DNA of 64,000 nucleotides from Williopsis jadinii (Eukaryota). The notes beneath the pieces are model-generated. The model was given only the letters and a program-made list of their open reading frames with translations, was not told the origin of the DNA and made no database searches. The translations under genes were made by a program, and so were the position numbers. The stretch lies in the NCBI GenBank assembly GCA_024346625.1, contig AP024664.1, positions 62,001 through 126,000 on the forward strand. Direction: 5' to 3'. Below, piece by piece: positions 1 to 12,015 of this stretch. The first letter of the stretch is position 1. Each line of letters begins with the position of its first letter.

Positions 1-1277
1 ACCCAGCTCTTGGTTTCGTTGCTGGTTGGATGGGTGTATGGAGTTCGATTTTGCCCGGTGAAGTCAGTGCAACAGCTCTGATTGTATCCTACTGGACTGA
101 TCTCTCAGAGGCCATCTGGATCAGTATCGTCATTGTGCTTATTGTCTTTTGTAACTTCCTCAAGATTAGATACTACGGTGAAATCGAGTTCACTTTTGCA
201 ATCATCAAGATGCTTTTGCTTGTGGGTCTCATTATCATCTCGATTGTTATCACTGCCGGTGGTGGTCCAAATGGTAAGCCAATTGGGTTCCAATACTGGA
301 GAAATCCAGGTGCTTTTGCAGAATATCTTACGACAGGATCGTTGGGTAAGTTTGCAGGCTTTTGGAAAGCATTGTCTGGTACTGTGTACTCCTTTGGTGG
401 TGTCCAAAGTGCACCTACTCTAGCTGCAGAGGTTAAGTATCCAAGAAGAGCCATCTTTACTGCATGTAAGAGAGTGTTCTATAGAGTCACAGTGCTTATG
501 ATCACCACAATTTTCTGTCTCACCTTGATTGTTCCATACAACAATCCGCTTATTGCCAATAGTTCGGGTAATGCTTCTTCATCCCCATTCGTTGTTGCCA
601 TTAACAGTGCCGGTATAAAGGTTCTTCCACATATCATCAACGCTGCTGTCTTAACCTCAGCTTTCTCTGCTGCCAATCTGGGACTGATGGCTGGTGCAAG
701 AACATTGTTCGCCCTTGCTGTCAAAGGACAGGCCCCAAAGATCTTTGTTAAAACCACTAAGCAAGGTGTTCCATGGGTTGGTACTCTTTTCATTGCCATC
801 TTTCTGCCTTTGGCATACATGAACCTGTCAGATTCTGCTGCAAACGTTTTTAATTGGTTCCAATCGTTGACATCGGCCAAGTTACTCTGGGATTGGACGT
901 TAATTTCAGCTAACCATATCTTTATGACAAGAGCCATGAAGGCCCAGGGTATTCCAAGATCCAGACTACCACATACGTGGCGCTATACACCTTATGCTGC
1001 TTGGATATCTGGATTCTTCTGTGTCTTGTTCCTCTTTACTGGTGGATTTAAGATCTTTGTCCATGGCCAATTCCAGGTCAGCTCTCTATTCTCGTCCTAC
1101 TTTGTCATTCCACTCTCTATAGTGCTCTACTTTGGTTGGAAAATAATCAAAGGTACTAGATTTTGGAGACCACACGAAGTGCAATTGGAGATTCTTTTCA
1201 GAGATGTTGAGGACAACCCAGAGCCTCCTGCAGAGCCACTTAAGGGATGGAAATGGCTCACCGTTCTATGGGCTTGA
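1..1277 (+). CDS. Amino acid permease (yeast YAT/APC family), 5'-truncated by the window edge
   Basis: The frame is open upstream of 30 (PALGFVAGW). Motifs RYYGEIEF, IGFQYWRNPGAF, AEVKYPRRAI, SSPFVVAI and PHIINAAVLTSAFSAAN, with many TM segments. Confidence 0.92.
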   Translation, partial: PALGFVAGWMGVWSSILPGEVSATALIVSYWTDLSEAIWISIVIVLIVFCNFLKIRYYGEIEFTFAIIKMLLLVGLIIISIVITAGGGPNGKPIGFQYWRNPGAFAEYLTTGSLGKFAGFWKALSGTVYSFGGVQSAPTLAAEVKYPRRAIFTACKRVFYRVTVLMITTIFCLTLIVPYNNPLIANSSGNASSSPFVVAINSAGIKVLPHIINAAVLTSAFSAANLGLMAGARTLFALAVKGQAPKIFVKTTKQGVPWVGTLFIAIFLPLAYMNLSDSAANVFNWFQSLTSAKLLWDWTLISANHIFMTRAMKAQGIPRSRLPHTWRYTPYAAWISGFFCVLFLFTGGFKIFVHGQFQVSSLFSSYFVIPLSIVLYFGWKIIKGTRFWRPHEVQLEILFRDVEDNPEPPAEPLKGWKWLTVLWA

Positions 1278-1862
1278 ACTGGAAAGTCTTTTGTTGGTTT
1301 GTGACGTTTGTCTTATAGTACTCTTTTACAATCAAATAATACATGTATGCTTTTTCAATGAGAGTAAATTCACATTCGTCCTCTTGCTGAAGGTTAATAT
1401 TATGGGCCGTGTGGCTTTCAATATTGGGTTGTCTAATGCAAGAAGGCTACATAGTTTGGGGGATCTGCACCTTTGGAGTCTTCAAATGCGTGGAACTTCA
1501 GCAACTTGAGCAAATTTACTGAGGTTTTAGCATGCAAGACATACAAGAGGAAGCAGAGTTACGCGGATACAAACATGTTATTGGCTTGGTATATACAGCC
1601 ATGTACGTCTCCCAAAGAAGAAACAAAGAAACACCGTGTTTGAGCACTTTTTCCCCAATTTGAAGAAGATCTCAATGATCGTAAAACGAGCAAATAAGGG
1701 AACGATCTGGTACTGAAGAATACTGTCTGCCTTCTTCTCGCTTGGTAGGTCCGTAGGTTCCTTGTGACCCAAGATGTATATAAACAGATACGATTATCCT
1801 CAGTAACATATCGATATGACAACATTAGTATAGTATCTACTTTAATTCGCTCGCTAAACAAA

Positions 1863-2795
1863 ATGATCTTTATTAACCGTGTCTCAACGCTTGTGATTCT
1901 TCTCAACACTGTTTTCGGAGACAGTGTGACTTTCACATGGAAGCTTGACGCTAGTGGAACTGCTATCGACGGCTATGAGCCAAAAATCGGTGAAAACACA
2001 CGTGTTGATTTGAATGAGGATTCAGGCTCTCTTTCAGGGTATATTGACGATAAAGGTCAGTTTATTGTTGATGGAAAGACTATGGGTATTGGTAAGAACT
2101 ATTTATCAGCCGAAGCACAGTCGAGCTCGTGGATTGTTGCAGAGCCATTTACAATTGTTGATGGGTATTTGAAGCTGTATGGTTCTGATTTCCATGCCGT
2201 TCCAAATGGTGAAGATGATGGTTATGTTTTGGGTTCTATCAATGCTGCTGCAAAGAGATCTGATATGATTCCGGTTAAAATCAAAGCCCAAGGGTCTGAT
2301 GGCAGTGCAGTTGCAGACTACGATGCATCCTCTACAAGCACCACTGCTGAGGAGACTACTGCTGAAGAGACTACTGCTGAAGAGACTACTGCTGAAGAAA
2401 CCACTGTTGATGAGACTACTGCTGAAGAAACCACTGTTGCTGAGACTACTGCTGAAGAAACCACTGTTGCTGAGACTACTGCTGAAGAAACCACTGTTGC
2501 TGAGACTACTGCTGAAAATACTACTGCTGAAGAAACCACTGCTGAAGAGACTACTTCTGCAGAGATTGCTTCTCAAACGGCCACCACTGAAAAGACTACT
2601 TCTGAAGAGGCTACAACTGGAACAGTTACTAGTGAAGAAACCACTGCTGACAAAACCACTGCTGAAGAAACCACAGTTGAAACATCCGCAGAGGAAACCA
2701 CAACGTCTCCAACAATCTCCACTTACGACAACGGGGCCCTGAAGACTGCCTTCTCCGCTATCAACGTTGGAGCTGTTCTTCTCGCCCTCTTGTGA
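1863..2795 (+). CDS. Predicted GPI-anchored cell-wall mannoprotein with TTAEE repeats
   Basis: ATG 1863 gives a hydrophobic signal peptide. It is followed by a globular domain, a Thr/Glu repeat stalk and a C-terminal STYDNG plus hydrophobic tail (GPI-type signal). Confidence 0.85.
   Translation: MIFINRVSTLVILLNTVFGDSVTFTWKLDASGTAIDGYEPKIGENTRVDLNEDSGSLSGYIDDKGQFIVDGKTMGIGKNYLSAEAQSSSWIVAEPFTIVDGYLKLYGSDFHAVPNGEDDGYVLGSINAAAKRSDMIPVKIKAQGSDGSAVADYDASSTSTTAEETTAEETTAEETTAEETTVDETTAEETTVAETTAEETTVAETTAEETTVAETTAENTTAEETTAEETTSAEIASQTATTEKTTSEEATTGTVTSEETTADKTTAEETTVETSAEETTTSPTISTYDNGALKTAFSAINVGAVLLALL
2341..2553 (+). repeat. Intragenic 15-bp minisatellite (ACYACTGCTGAAGAR; TTAEE/TTVAE)
   Basis: About 14 visible tandem units, partly in a 30-bp higher-order pattern. 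Confidence 0.95.
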
Positions 2796-3400
2796 GGATG
2801 TCTCCTCATCTTCTGTAAAACATCTAAGCTTAGATCACGCTGTTTATGCCCATAATGTCTTGAATATTACCAAAATGCGCCTGATCAAACAAAATAGAGC
2901 TTCGTAATAGTGCTGTACATCATCTAGAACAACATAGACTCACCTGTCAACTGTACCATTCTAGACGTATCCATCACTACTTCACCAACCACTTCGATCA
3001 CTGAATAAGCTGTATACATAAATCAGGCATTATGACCTTTTAAAGTAATAGTGAACAGCTGAAGTTCCAATGACCACACAAATCCATGCGCCGTCATACC
3101 TCCCCAAGGTTTATGAAACACCAGTATAACCATGAAATGGGCTTCCACAGCACCTCTTATATGCAATTATAATGAGCCAGAGAACTACCACTACCTTATT
3201 ACAAACCCATAATCAACTTCAGAATTAATGCGTATAACCTATATGCACGTCGCATTGTCCAACCGGTTGAGGACACATCCTATGTCACATGACAGCTCAC
3301 GTGACATTTTATTAACCGCCTTAAAATCACCACATCAATCTTGGTGCTTCATCGTAACTTCTTCTTGAAATATGAACCAAGAGCTATTGACACCTAGACA

Positions 3401-4519
3401 ATGAGTGCCGAATTCGACCCGAACAATCCTCTCAGACTAAAGAACGTACGGCAGAATGACGAAGATAGTAGCGAAGCTGAGGACTATGACGTGAACACAA
3501 GGAGAAGAAAGAAGAGGAATGTCGATGCTGCTGGCTATGATGAAGACTCAGAGAACGACGCACCCTTTGACTCTGATGTTGGTTCAGAGGACGATAAGGC
3601 TGAGGGGAAAGAAGATGAGGCTAAGGATGAAGATAACGACAGTGATATGTTCTCGGACGATGATGAAGAAGAAGCTGAAGCGAAGACAACAAAGAATCAG
3701 ATTAAAGTGATGGATATGGATCGGTTTGAGAAGGAAAATATGATACAATCCAATGAAAGCTATAATAAAACCGGCACAACTGATGATGATGAATCGGAAG
3801 GTGATGGAGAACCAAAGGTGGACTCCTTCGACTTGAGAAAGGAGATGCAAGAAGGTACATTCACATCAACTGGTGAATACATTGAGATGCACACGGAGAC
3901 CAACCAAGAGGACGATGAGCTCTCTGCTTTCAAGAAGGATGATATAAGAAGGGCTAAACTAGCTAAGGAAGCACAGGATGAAAGATTGGAACAACAGAGG
4001 AAGATAAAGGCTGAAGACCCTGAAAATACCGCTGAAAGGTTGCTATTCAACCTCATTGGGATGTTGAAGCCTGTTGAATCACCAATGGAAGCATTACAAA
4101 GAGTTAACAAACAACAGCCCAAGAAGAAACGGAAAAACAATAAAAAAGTCGAGTTAACCGAAGAAGAGAAATCGAAGGAACATGAGAGACAGATATCCGT
4201 CACTAACATTACAGACTACTGTGAGTCTTTGATGGAACAAGGATTCAAGAACATATATGAACTTGAAAGGGAAGAACTGATGCTATTGTATAGACAAGAG
4301 ACCGGGAGGGCCTACGTGAAGCCAAAGACTGAAGATATCACTCCTGAAGAACCCAAGATTTGGAAGTTTAGATGGGTCGGAGATTCAACAATCCATGGAC
4401 CATATACATCAAGTGAGATGGGATATTGGAAAGATAACTACTTCCAAGATCGAGTTGAAGTGATCCGGACAGGTTCAAATGAGTTTGTTCATATCAGCCA
4501 GATTGATTCATTCTGTTAA
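3401..4519 (+). CDS. LIN1: U5 snRNP-associated GYF-domain protein (Lin1/CD2BP2)
   Basis: Acidic N-terminus, FDLRKEMQEGTF, LKPVESPMEALQR and a C-terminal GYF domain (WKFRW...HGPYTSSEMGYWKDNYF). Confidence 0.85.
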   Translation: MSAEFDPNNPLRLKNVRQNDEDSSEAEDYDVNTRRRKKRNVDAAGYDEDSENDAPFDSDVGSEDDKAEGKEDEAKDEDNDSDMFSDDDEEEAEAKTTKNQIKVMDMDRFEKENMIQSNESYNKTGTTDDDESEGDGEPKVDSFDLRKEMQEGTFTSTGEYIEMHTETNQEDDELSAFKKDDIRRAKLAKEAQDERLEQQRKIKAEDPENTAERLLFNLIGMLKPVESPMEALQRVNKQQPKKKRKNNKKVELTEEEKSKEHERQISVTNITDYCESLMEQGFKNIYELEREELMLLYRQETGRAYVKPKTEDITPEEPKIWKFRWVGDSTIHGPYTSSEMGYWKDNYFQDRVEVIRTGSNEFVHISQIDSFC

Positions 4520-5794
4520 ATAGTGGTCTATTGGGAAGTTCAAATCATCAGCCAGTGATTTAACGTATTCAAAAGAACAGTTAATCTTCCACTTAGTCTT
4601 TGCAGATATAAAGTCGTTGTTATTAGACTTTAACAGCAGCTTCATCGATGATAAATTGGCCACTTGAGTCATGATATCTATGTCCGTGTGAAGATTTGAC
4701 CCCGTCTCGATCGTGTATATTGCCTGTAGTATGGCCAATGCCCTCTCCAAGTCGAAATAGCTTGCATCCAGCAACCTTTGATTGACTCTATTGGAAGATC
4801 TAGTAGATCTTCTAAACGTTTTCTTCCTGTGATAGTCCTTGAGTCTTGAAAACATTGTCCAATCGCTTTTGGATTCACTATAAGAGGCGATATACGTCGA
4901 GATCAAGATATACTTCGAAATAGTCGGAAGATTCGATGACTGGTGCTCATTTTCCTCGTCATCCCATTCAGTATCCAGCGAAGAAGATATAACGTAGTCA
5001 GAGCCGATAGCTTTGTAGTTTCTTCTGTATAAAGTAAGAAACTCATTTGGCTTCAGCTCTCCTTCCTCAATTGGCTGTACAAATATAGGCCATATCCTCG
5101 TCAATATCAGCTTTAGCACCATTATATTGTTTGTATAAGAAGAGTACATCTCCACGACCAGTTTGACGTATTGCTTCCAAAATCTCTCCAGTACCTTCCC
5201 TTCAACTTCCACGTTGAATCGACATAAAGGAGCTGAGCCCAAAATTCTTATCAGTTCGTCACCTGAATAGCTCGGGAAGATAATCACAGGCGTTGAGCTC
5301 GTGGTTATACAGCTTGGTATGGTCCTAGTGACAAAGATGAAACTCAAGTTCTTCAACGGTGAAACCTCCTGAAGTTTGATAAAGTTCTTGAACAGTACTT
5401 CGATATCGTCCATGATCTGATCGCTTCGATCCAGCACAACGTAATGTAGTTCGTCGTAGTGGTAGTCCTCGAGAAACACGCTCATCTGTTTGATAAAAGT
5501 CTGGAAGTTGGTAGTTGCCAACGCATCATACGACAGTTCGTCCTTCTGTATCAAACCAGAGTCCAACTGAACACTCTGGAGGATTTTCTTCCACAATATT
5601 TTATACGACACACACTCATCACAGTGTATAATGCTGAACTTCACTGGCAATTGGTCCAATACCTGTTTCAACACGATGCTCTTCCCCGTTGATGTTGGAC
5701 CTTGGAGGATTAATGAATTAGGTGCAGTTTCCCTCGATGACGTGAGGAACGCCCTCAAAAGACCCAGTTGTTGGTCTCGCTCTCTTATGCTCAT
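4508..5794 (-). CDS. ORC5: Origin recognition complex subunit 5
   Basis: Walker A GPTSTGKS, VVLDRSD, SKYILISTYIASY and FDLERALAILQAI (ORC5 C-terminal domain). First ATG at 5794. Confidence 0.92.
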   Translation of the reverse strand: MSIRERDQQLGLLRAFLTSSRETAPNSLILQGPTSTGKSIVLKQVLDQLPVKFSIIHCDECVSYKILWKKILQSVQLDSGLIQKDELSYDALATTNFQTFIKQMSVFLEDYHYDELHYVVLDRSDQIMDDIEVLFKNFIKLQEVSPLKNLSFIFVTRTIPSCITTSSTPVIIFPSYSGDELIRILGSAPLCRFNVEVEGKVLERFWKQYVKLVVEMYSSYTNNIMVLKLILTRIWPIFVQPIEEGELKPNEFLTLYRRNYKAIGSDYVISSSLDTEWDDEENEHQSSNLPTISKYILISTYIASYSESKSDWTMFSRLKDYHRKKTFRRSTRSSNRVNQRLLDASYFDLERALAILQAIYTIETGSNLHTDIDIMTQVANLSSMKLLLKSNNNDFISAKTKWKINCSFEYVKSLADDLNFPIDHYLTE

Positions 5795-7019
5795 TTGTCC
5801 TTCTGATGGCCCTGAAGCTCTTGGGCACCTGTGGTGAATACAATGGGACAGGCCGGCCAATCTTCAATGCTGTGTGTATGATTAATCCTCGAGAAACGTT
5901 CTGATTTCGGGTTAAAATTTGACAGGAGTCTTTAGAAGAACACGCAAAACATCAACAATTCACACAACTCGGATAAACCTCGCTGATTGTACCAATCCAA
6001 TCATTGGCCAATGGACAATCCATTGTTAAGTTTCATATAGTGAGATAACACACCATCTGCCATAGAAGCTGGTAACCAGTATGTAAAAGATTGTATAATT
6101 ATATTATATCATCAACATTATATAATATTATCTTTGATGCTGCGGTGGCTCCGCGATCAACTTGAACTGCGAGGCCCGTCGAGTATTGGGCTTTATGCCC
6201 GGCTTCTTCATTGACAAAAGATTGACTTGAGACTGGTGAATTCGATGGCTAAAGGGTTTCTCAGGTTTGTAGAGTAAGATTCCGTATGTCTGGCCCCAAA
6301 TTTTTATGGTGTTGATTTCTGCGAGCTTCTCTTGTTGATTCCCTTGAGGTATTATGATATCAACTCTATGGAATAAGCGGCCGTTGTTGGTCATTAAATA
6401 AGCTCCACCACTCAAGCAACCACTACTATAAACCCCTAGAGATGGTAAAGAGCGAATCGTATTCGTTTTCCCTGAATATTCAGCAATAATTGGATCCAAC
6501 GTGATATTCACCAAGTAGAGGTTTCCTTACGTTTTACGATTTCTGGGGTAATGAAAGAACCAGAATTAAAAAAAACGAATAAAACCAATTGAAAAGGGGC
6601 GTGTTCTTTTGGAAGAACCATCGCATCTAATCAACGTAGGAGCCAATATATAAGATGATATAGATTGGTTCTACAGTTTGGTTCTCCGATGGTTTTCTAA
6701 TTTTGTATTCTGTTAAGACATCAACAAAGAAGTGCTTTTTTGACAAATTTGAATGGTTATATATCAAAAAGTACTAAAAATTGCACGCTAATATTTAGTG
6801 AATCTCTTAGTTGCGGTGCTAGCTACATACTGGTAAACCATATGGGGATTTGGTGACTGAATTGCTACTTCTGTTAGTATTATTCCAAGAATTAGTATCA
6901 TTCCAATAGTACTGCTGATGTCCGGATGTTTCACTGTATATCAAGAGCATCCGGACACCACCACTTAATATACCCTACGTAGGCAGATAATGTCATTTTG
7001 AATCGTTACTTATATCTCT

Positions 7020-8846
7020 TTAAAACCCCTCTTCGCCTAATTTGTTCTGTACTTGTTCGATCTGTCCATTCAGTTCTTTGAGATTGTCCTGGAGCATTGG
7101 TAATTCGTCAAATTTCCTCTGTTTTTTACAATTGGAAACCATCTCTTCAACTAAAAACCTTTGTTCTTGTAAAACCATCAACTCTTGACGACGTTGTTTA
7201 ATCATTGTAACCTGTTCCCTTGTGTATTTAGGCTTGGACATGCCTTTATTATTCGAATTAGCTTCCAATTGGTGTAGTAGCTGAGGTAGTTGTTTTAAAG
7301 GTGCCATGTTCTCCTGAATGAACGTTGCACTTTCCACTTTGATGGCATGTTGTAACAGCTCTTCGTCTTTTGAGAGCCCTTCCAGTGCAATTATTTCCTT
7401 TGTGAACTTATCAAACGATGCAAAGGAGTCCACCAATCGTTTTCTTAGCCTTGAAGCCTCCTGAGTCAACGATTTAGATTTGTTTTGGTCAGTCTGCAAC
7501 CTCTTTAAGATATCTTCAAATCTGGGCATTAACACCAAGATAGCTTTCTTGATGGATTGTTGGTTATCAACTTTTTGTAACAAAGGAGTCAATGGACTCT
7601 TTAAGTCCCGTTGGAAGTTTCTCTTTTGGAACAGACAGTCTTTACATTGTTTGCACATTCGGATCAGTGATTGGTTATTCACCTTTGGAACGTCCAGTAG
7701 CGTTGTCAAGTGTTCAACAGGGATCTCCATAGAGCACTGGGTTTGATTATCCCCACAAACAACACGACCACACAGACGACAGTGGTGTTTCCTTAAAGTA
7801 AACGAAAACTGTTGCAGGCATATAAAGCAGTTCAAGACATGAGAGCCATCTTCCCAATTGACCAATTGTTGTTCCACTTCTCTCTTCTTACTGTTGATTC
7901 TGAAATTGAGGAAGTTGCTGTTAAATTCAGTAGAGTGGTACTCTCTATCTATCTTGTTGAGCATTGTAGACACGTTGATGACTCTTTTCTCCAATTTGTT
8001 TTGAAGCATATCTCTCTCGTCAACTTTCTTCTGTCGTAGAGTGGTAAACCTTTTAGTCAAGTCTTCATAAAGACCATAATCGTTATAACCAGGCTTGCCT
8101 TGGAAACAGCTGGTACAGCACCTGCTCCAAACCCCTTCATGGTCGTACTGTGCATTTTCGTTCAGTTTAACCTTGAAATCTGAATGTGAATTACAGAACA
8201 ATAGTCCGCATTTACGACAATTCACTAGTCCATTCTTGATGTTCAGAGTCTTGTGACACTCAGTACACTTATCACGACCAGTGGGCCTCTGCCAGTGTGA
8301 TCTCTTGACTGTGATCTCTGGCTGATTCGTCGATGTCGTCGTATTGGTAGATGGCTGTCCACTAGGCTCCGTACTCATGGAGAAGGAGTTGTTCGAGGAG
8401 TCAAACAAGTCCAAATTCACAAACTTTCTCGGTAGTGCAGTCTGGATCTTTGATCTGACCTCATTTGTCTTCTTTAACCACGACCTTAACTCCTCGTTAG
8501 GTGTAGTTAACAACGGTGATGGTGTATTGGTTCTCGGCATGGTCTTCATAGGTGTCGGGGTGCCATTATCACCAAACCCATGTTCGTCGTCCAAGTGTCT
8601 GTTCAATTGTAACAACGAGAGCATCTTCTCCGAGCAAATGGGACACGAGACATCTTCCATTTCAGCCTCTTTCGCCTTCTTATCACCAGTTATAGACGGG
8701 GTGTTGCGTCCATCACTGGGTATTAATACATCTGCTTTAAATGGCGATTGTAACTCCACAGACTCCACAACTTCAACATTGTCAATTGATTCAGCACTTG
8801 CACTGTCGTCGATTTCCTTAGCACCAATGATTCTTCCTCTTTTCAT
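7020..8846 (-). CDS. PEP7: Vacuolar segregation protein Pep7/Vac1 (rabenosyn-like; C2H2 plus two FYVE domains)
   Basis: CPIC...HLDDEH zinc finger, FYVE motifs (NCRKCG; RKHHCRLCGRVVC) and a C-terminal coiled coil. Confidence 0.92.
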   Translation of the reverse strand: MKRGRIIGAKEIDDSASAESIDNVEVVESVELQSPFKADVLIPSDGRNTPSITGDKKAKEAEMEDVSCPICSEKMLSLLQLNRHLDDEHGFGDNGTPTPMKTMPRTNTPSPLLTTPNEELRSWLKKTNEVRSKIQTALPRKFVNLDLFDSSNNSFSMSTEPSGQPSTNTTTSTNQPEITVKRSHWQRPTGRDKCTECHKTLNIKNGLVNCRKCGLLFCNSHSDFKVKLNENAQYDHEGVWSRCCTSCFQGKPGYNDYGLYEDLTKRFTTLRQKKVDERDMLQNKLEKRVINVSTMLNKIDREYHSTEFNSNFLNFRINSKKREVEQQLVNWEDGSHVLNCFICLQQFSFTLRKHHCRLCGRVVCGDNQTQCSMEIPVEHLTTLLDVPKVNNQSLIRMCKQCKDCLFQKRNFQRDLKSPLTPLLQKVDNQQSIKKAILVLMPRFEDILKRLQTDQNKSKSLTQEASRLRKRLVDSFASFDKFTKEIIALEGLSKDEELLQHAIKVESATFIQENMAPLKQLPQLLHQLEANSNNKGMSKPKYTREQVTMIKQRRQELMVLQEQRFLVEEMVSNCKKQRKFDELPMLQDNLKELNGQIEQVQNKLGEEGF

Positions 8847-9007
8847 TGTCCTCGGGAATCTCCCCTTATCTCTCAGCCTGCGATGCCCCCCTTGTTCGTA
8901 GGCTGATGATATGTGTCCAACCTCGGGGGAACAGAAAATTTTCTATTTCCCATTGAACACTTCGATGGCCTCACAACGAAGGACAGACCATAGAGAACTA
9001 CAACGAG

Positions 9008-11973
9008 ATGGAAGATGTGAGTGATACGAAGAGTTCAATTGAAGCTGGAAACTAATGAACAGCATTGCTGGCAAGAACAGATCGAGAGATGAACTACGGA
9101 TCCTGAACGAAAAGGCGTGGAACGGCGAGCTCTTCGAGCCAGAATCGCAAGACTCCTCGATGAAGAAGAATTCAGCCTTTGTTAAGAAGCTGCGTACCTC
9201 ACTGACAAGAGATCAGCTGAAGTCTGTGATCAATGATGCCAATGCCCTGTCATTGAAGAAGTACCACGAGGAGTTGGTGATCTCCATGGATGAAGGACTA
9301 TCATCATGCAAAGTACAAGATACCAATGCTGCAGTGGAGGTGGTGGGCTTGTTTCATAGAAGATTCTGCTCGGACTTCACCCCACTACTGCTGACAAAGC
9401 TCCTGGAGAGGCTCAAGACCCCGAAGGATGATATCTCTGATGCGGAGGACAAGGAGAGAATCTCCCAGGTGAAATGTGTCCTGAGAGTGATTACAGAGTG
9501 TTATGACTTGGGCATCTTTAGAAGCGCAGACGATGCTTCTGACGTTCCAGGCTTCATGGCCAAGAGATCATCAGACGGCCTCTTGGTTGCAATAATGAAG
9601 GAGATTCTGTCTTATAAGATGAACAAGACTTTGTCCATTGCAACTGTCTTCACAAAGAGGTTTATCTCTATAATTGAAGGTGATGATGCTCTGAGACAGT
9701 TGATGTGTTCGTATACGTCCAAGGCAGTCGAGAGAACAGAAGAACTAAACAGAAGAATATATCATCATGACAAGAAGAAGTTCAAGACTGAGATAAGAAC
9801 AGGTAAGATGCTTGAAGAGGTTGAACAAAGAGGGAAAGAATTGAATGAACTGTTTGAAGTTTATAAATCCGCAGTGGACATCATATGTCCTTTGTTGAAA
9901 GTAACACCACCAGAGTTCCCAGAGGTTGAAACGGGAGAGCAAGAAGAAGACGAGGCAACAGTGCTGGCAAAGGCTGATGGGGTTTGGGCGAACGAGGATG
10001 AAAGGAAATTCTATCAGTCTTTCCCAGAAATACCACAGGATTATATCGATGGTGCTAAAGACGATAAAGGCGTAGAGAAGGGAGAGCTGATGACCGAGTT
10101 CTTGACCAAGCTGGAAACCTCCTCATCCTTAAAGGAAGTTGATGAATGTGTAATGATGTTTTGGGAGTTTAAACTGACTAATAAGGCCTCGCTGAAAAGA
10201 CTGTCAAAGCACATTACAACGAGCCAGGAGCTGTCAAACTTGAAAACTTATTCTAGATTCTTGAAGTCCAATCAAGTATTTCTACAGCCTTTCATTGATG
10301 AAGTTGTTGACTTCCTGGATAAAGGCTTTAGGTCTCAGATTTACCGTAACGGGTTGAATGTTAGAAACATAATGTTCTTCTCAGAGATGATGAAATTCGA
10401 TCTAATACCACAGTACCTAATCTTTCACAAGATTAGATCATTGATATTGTCCTTGAACACCCCACATAACGTTGATATTCTCAACATCTTCTTTGAACTT
10501 TCTGGGAAGTATCTACTATACACACACACCAAGTTGATGAACGATATGATAAAGCTGTTGGAGGATAAAAGGATGGACTCTTCATTATCCTCTGCCACGA
10601 AGATGTCAATTGCCAACCTGTTTGTAATACTGAGACCACCGGCGGTGAAGACCTTACAGAAGCAAAATACCAAGGTGTATACACCGCAGCAGCTGTTCTT
10701 GAAGCATCTTATTAGAAATGAGCTCAATGTTCGGACAATTTCAAAGGTTTCACAAATAATAAAGAATGCCAACCTGCAAGATGAAAAGATCTTTGAGACA
10801 TTGCTTAAACTACTCTCCAAACCTGAAAAGGTCAAGTATGAGAACATTTTACCATTGACAAGAGTCACCAGAATCGTCCCAAGTGGATTGAAAACCATCA
10901 TCATTGATCAAGTTTTGGAGAATATCGTTAGGGATATGGAGATCAATGACTATAAGTTCAATAGAACCAGGGTTGCTCAGTGCACATATATGGCCATGAT
11001 GTTAAACTGTGGTATAATTAAATTGGAGACTTTGAACGATCTGTTATTTAAGATATTGACGTTTGGACATCCAATGAACAACCCTGTGCCTGGTGTCTTT
11101 GTTGAATTAGATCCACCAGATGATTATATCCGCATAACGCTTGTTACTTGTATGTTACAAGAGCTTGAACCTACCAAACGTAATATTGATGCTTTCACAC
11201 TCTTCCTACACTTTTTGGATTATTACACATGGACAAAGGATATGCCGTTGCCAAAGGACACCGAAATGAAACTCATGAGATGTTATAAGAGCTTCCAGTT
11301 TGTTAAGGGCGATTCTTTGGTTGAATGTATTGATAAGTTGAGTAAAGCAGTAGAGGCAAGAAATTTCGTCTCAGAAAGTGGTGGAGTCGACTTACAAACC
11401 GAAGAAGAAGAAGATGACGATGATGATGAGGAGGATGATGAAGAGGATGACGACGACGAGGAAGAAGAAGAAGAAGAAGATGATGAAGATGAGGAGGACG
11501 ACGACGACGATGATGAGGAGGAAGAGGATATTGATGAATTGGGTGATGTGGTTGATAACGAATCTGTTGGGTCGATAGAGGAAGCCGGCTCTGAAGGAAA
11601 CGAAGGCAAGCTTAGCTACGAAGCGTATGAAGCCAAATTAAGAGAAGAGGAAGAGCTCAAACTGGAACAAGACCTTGAAAGAGAATTTAAGAAGATGGTG
11701 TTTGAAAGCATGCACGCCAATAAGGCAGATAGAGCGAAGATTGACATTCCTCAGAACATTTCTATTTCATCGACAACACCACCTAAACCATCAAATTCTG
11801 ATAAAGTTACATTTACACTGATCACCAAGAACGATAAATCAATGGGGACTCGAAACTTGTCAGTTCCAATGGACTCCAGAATTGCCACCAACGTTGCCAA
11901 TGAAGACTCCAGAAGAAGAACAGAGAAGATGAAGTTGAACAATTACATCTTGAAATCGAACTATGATGATTGA
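9008..11973 (+). CDS. NMD2: Nonsense-mediated decay factor Upf2; probable join(9008..9016,9076..11973)
   Basis: LNEKAWNGE and DSSMKKNSAFVKKL, MIF4G repeats, ELDPPDDYIRI and an acidic tract. Intron with GTGAGT at 9017, branch AACTAAT ~9050 and in-frame AAG at 9075. Confidence 0.92.
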
Positions 11974-12015
11974 TAATCCGCACCAGTATTGTATAAGATT
12001 ATAAACTGATGGTCA

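Noticed and set aside
2106..2742. Alternative-frame ORFs (LLLKR, SSGFF, VVSSA repeats)
   Set aside because: Shadows of the TTAEE minisatellite.
6128..6514. 128-aa minus-strand ORF between ORC5 and PEP7
   Set aside because: Non-ATG start, no recognisable motif and AT-rich context. It cannot be supported without a search.
11283..11609. Poly-Ser ORF on the minus strand
   Set aside because: Antisense shadow of the Upf2 acidic tract.
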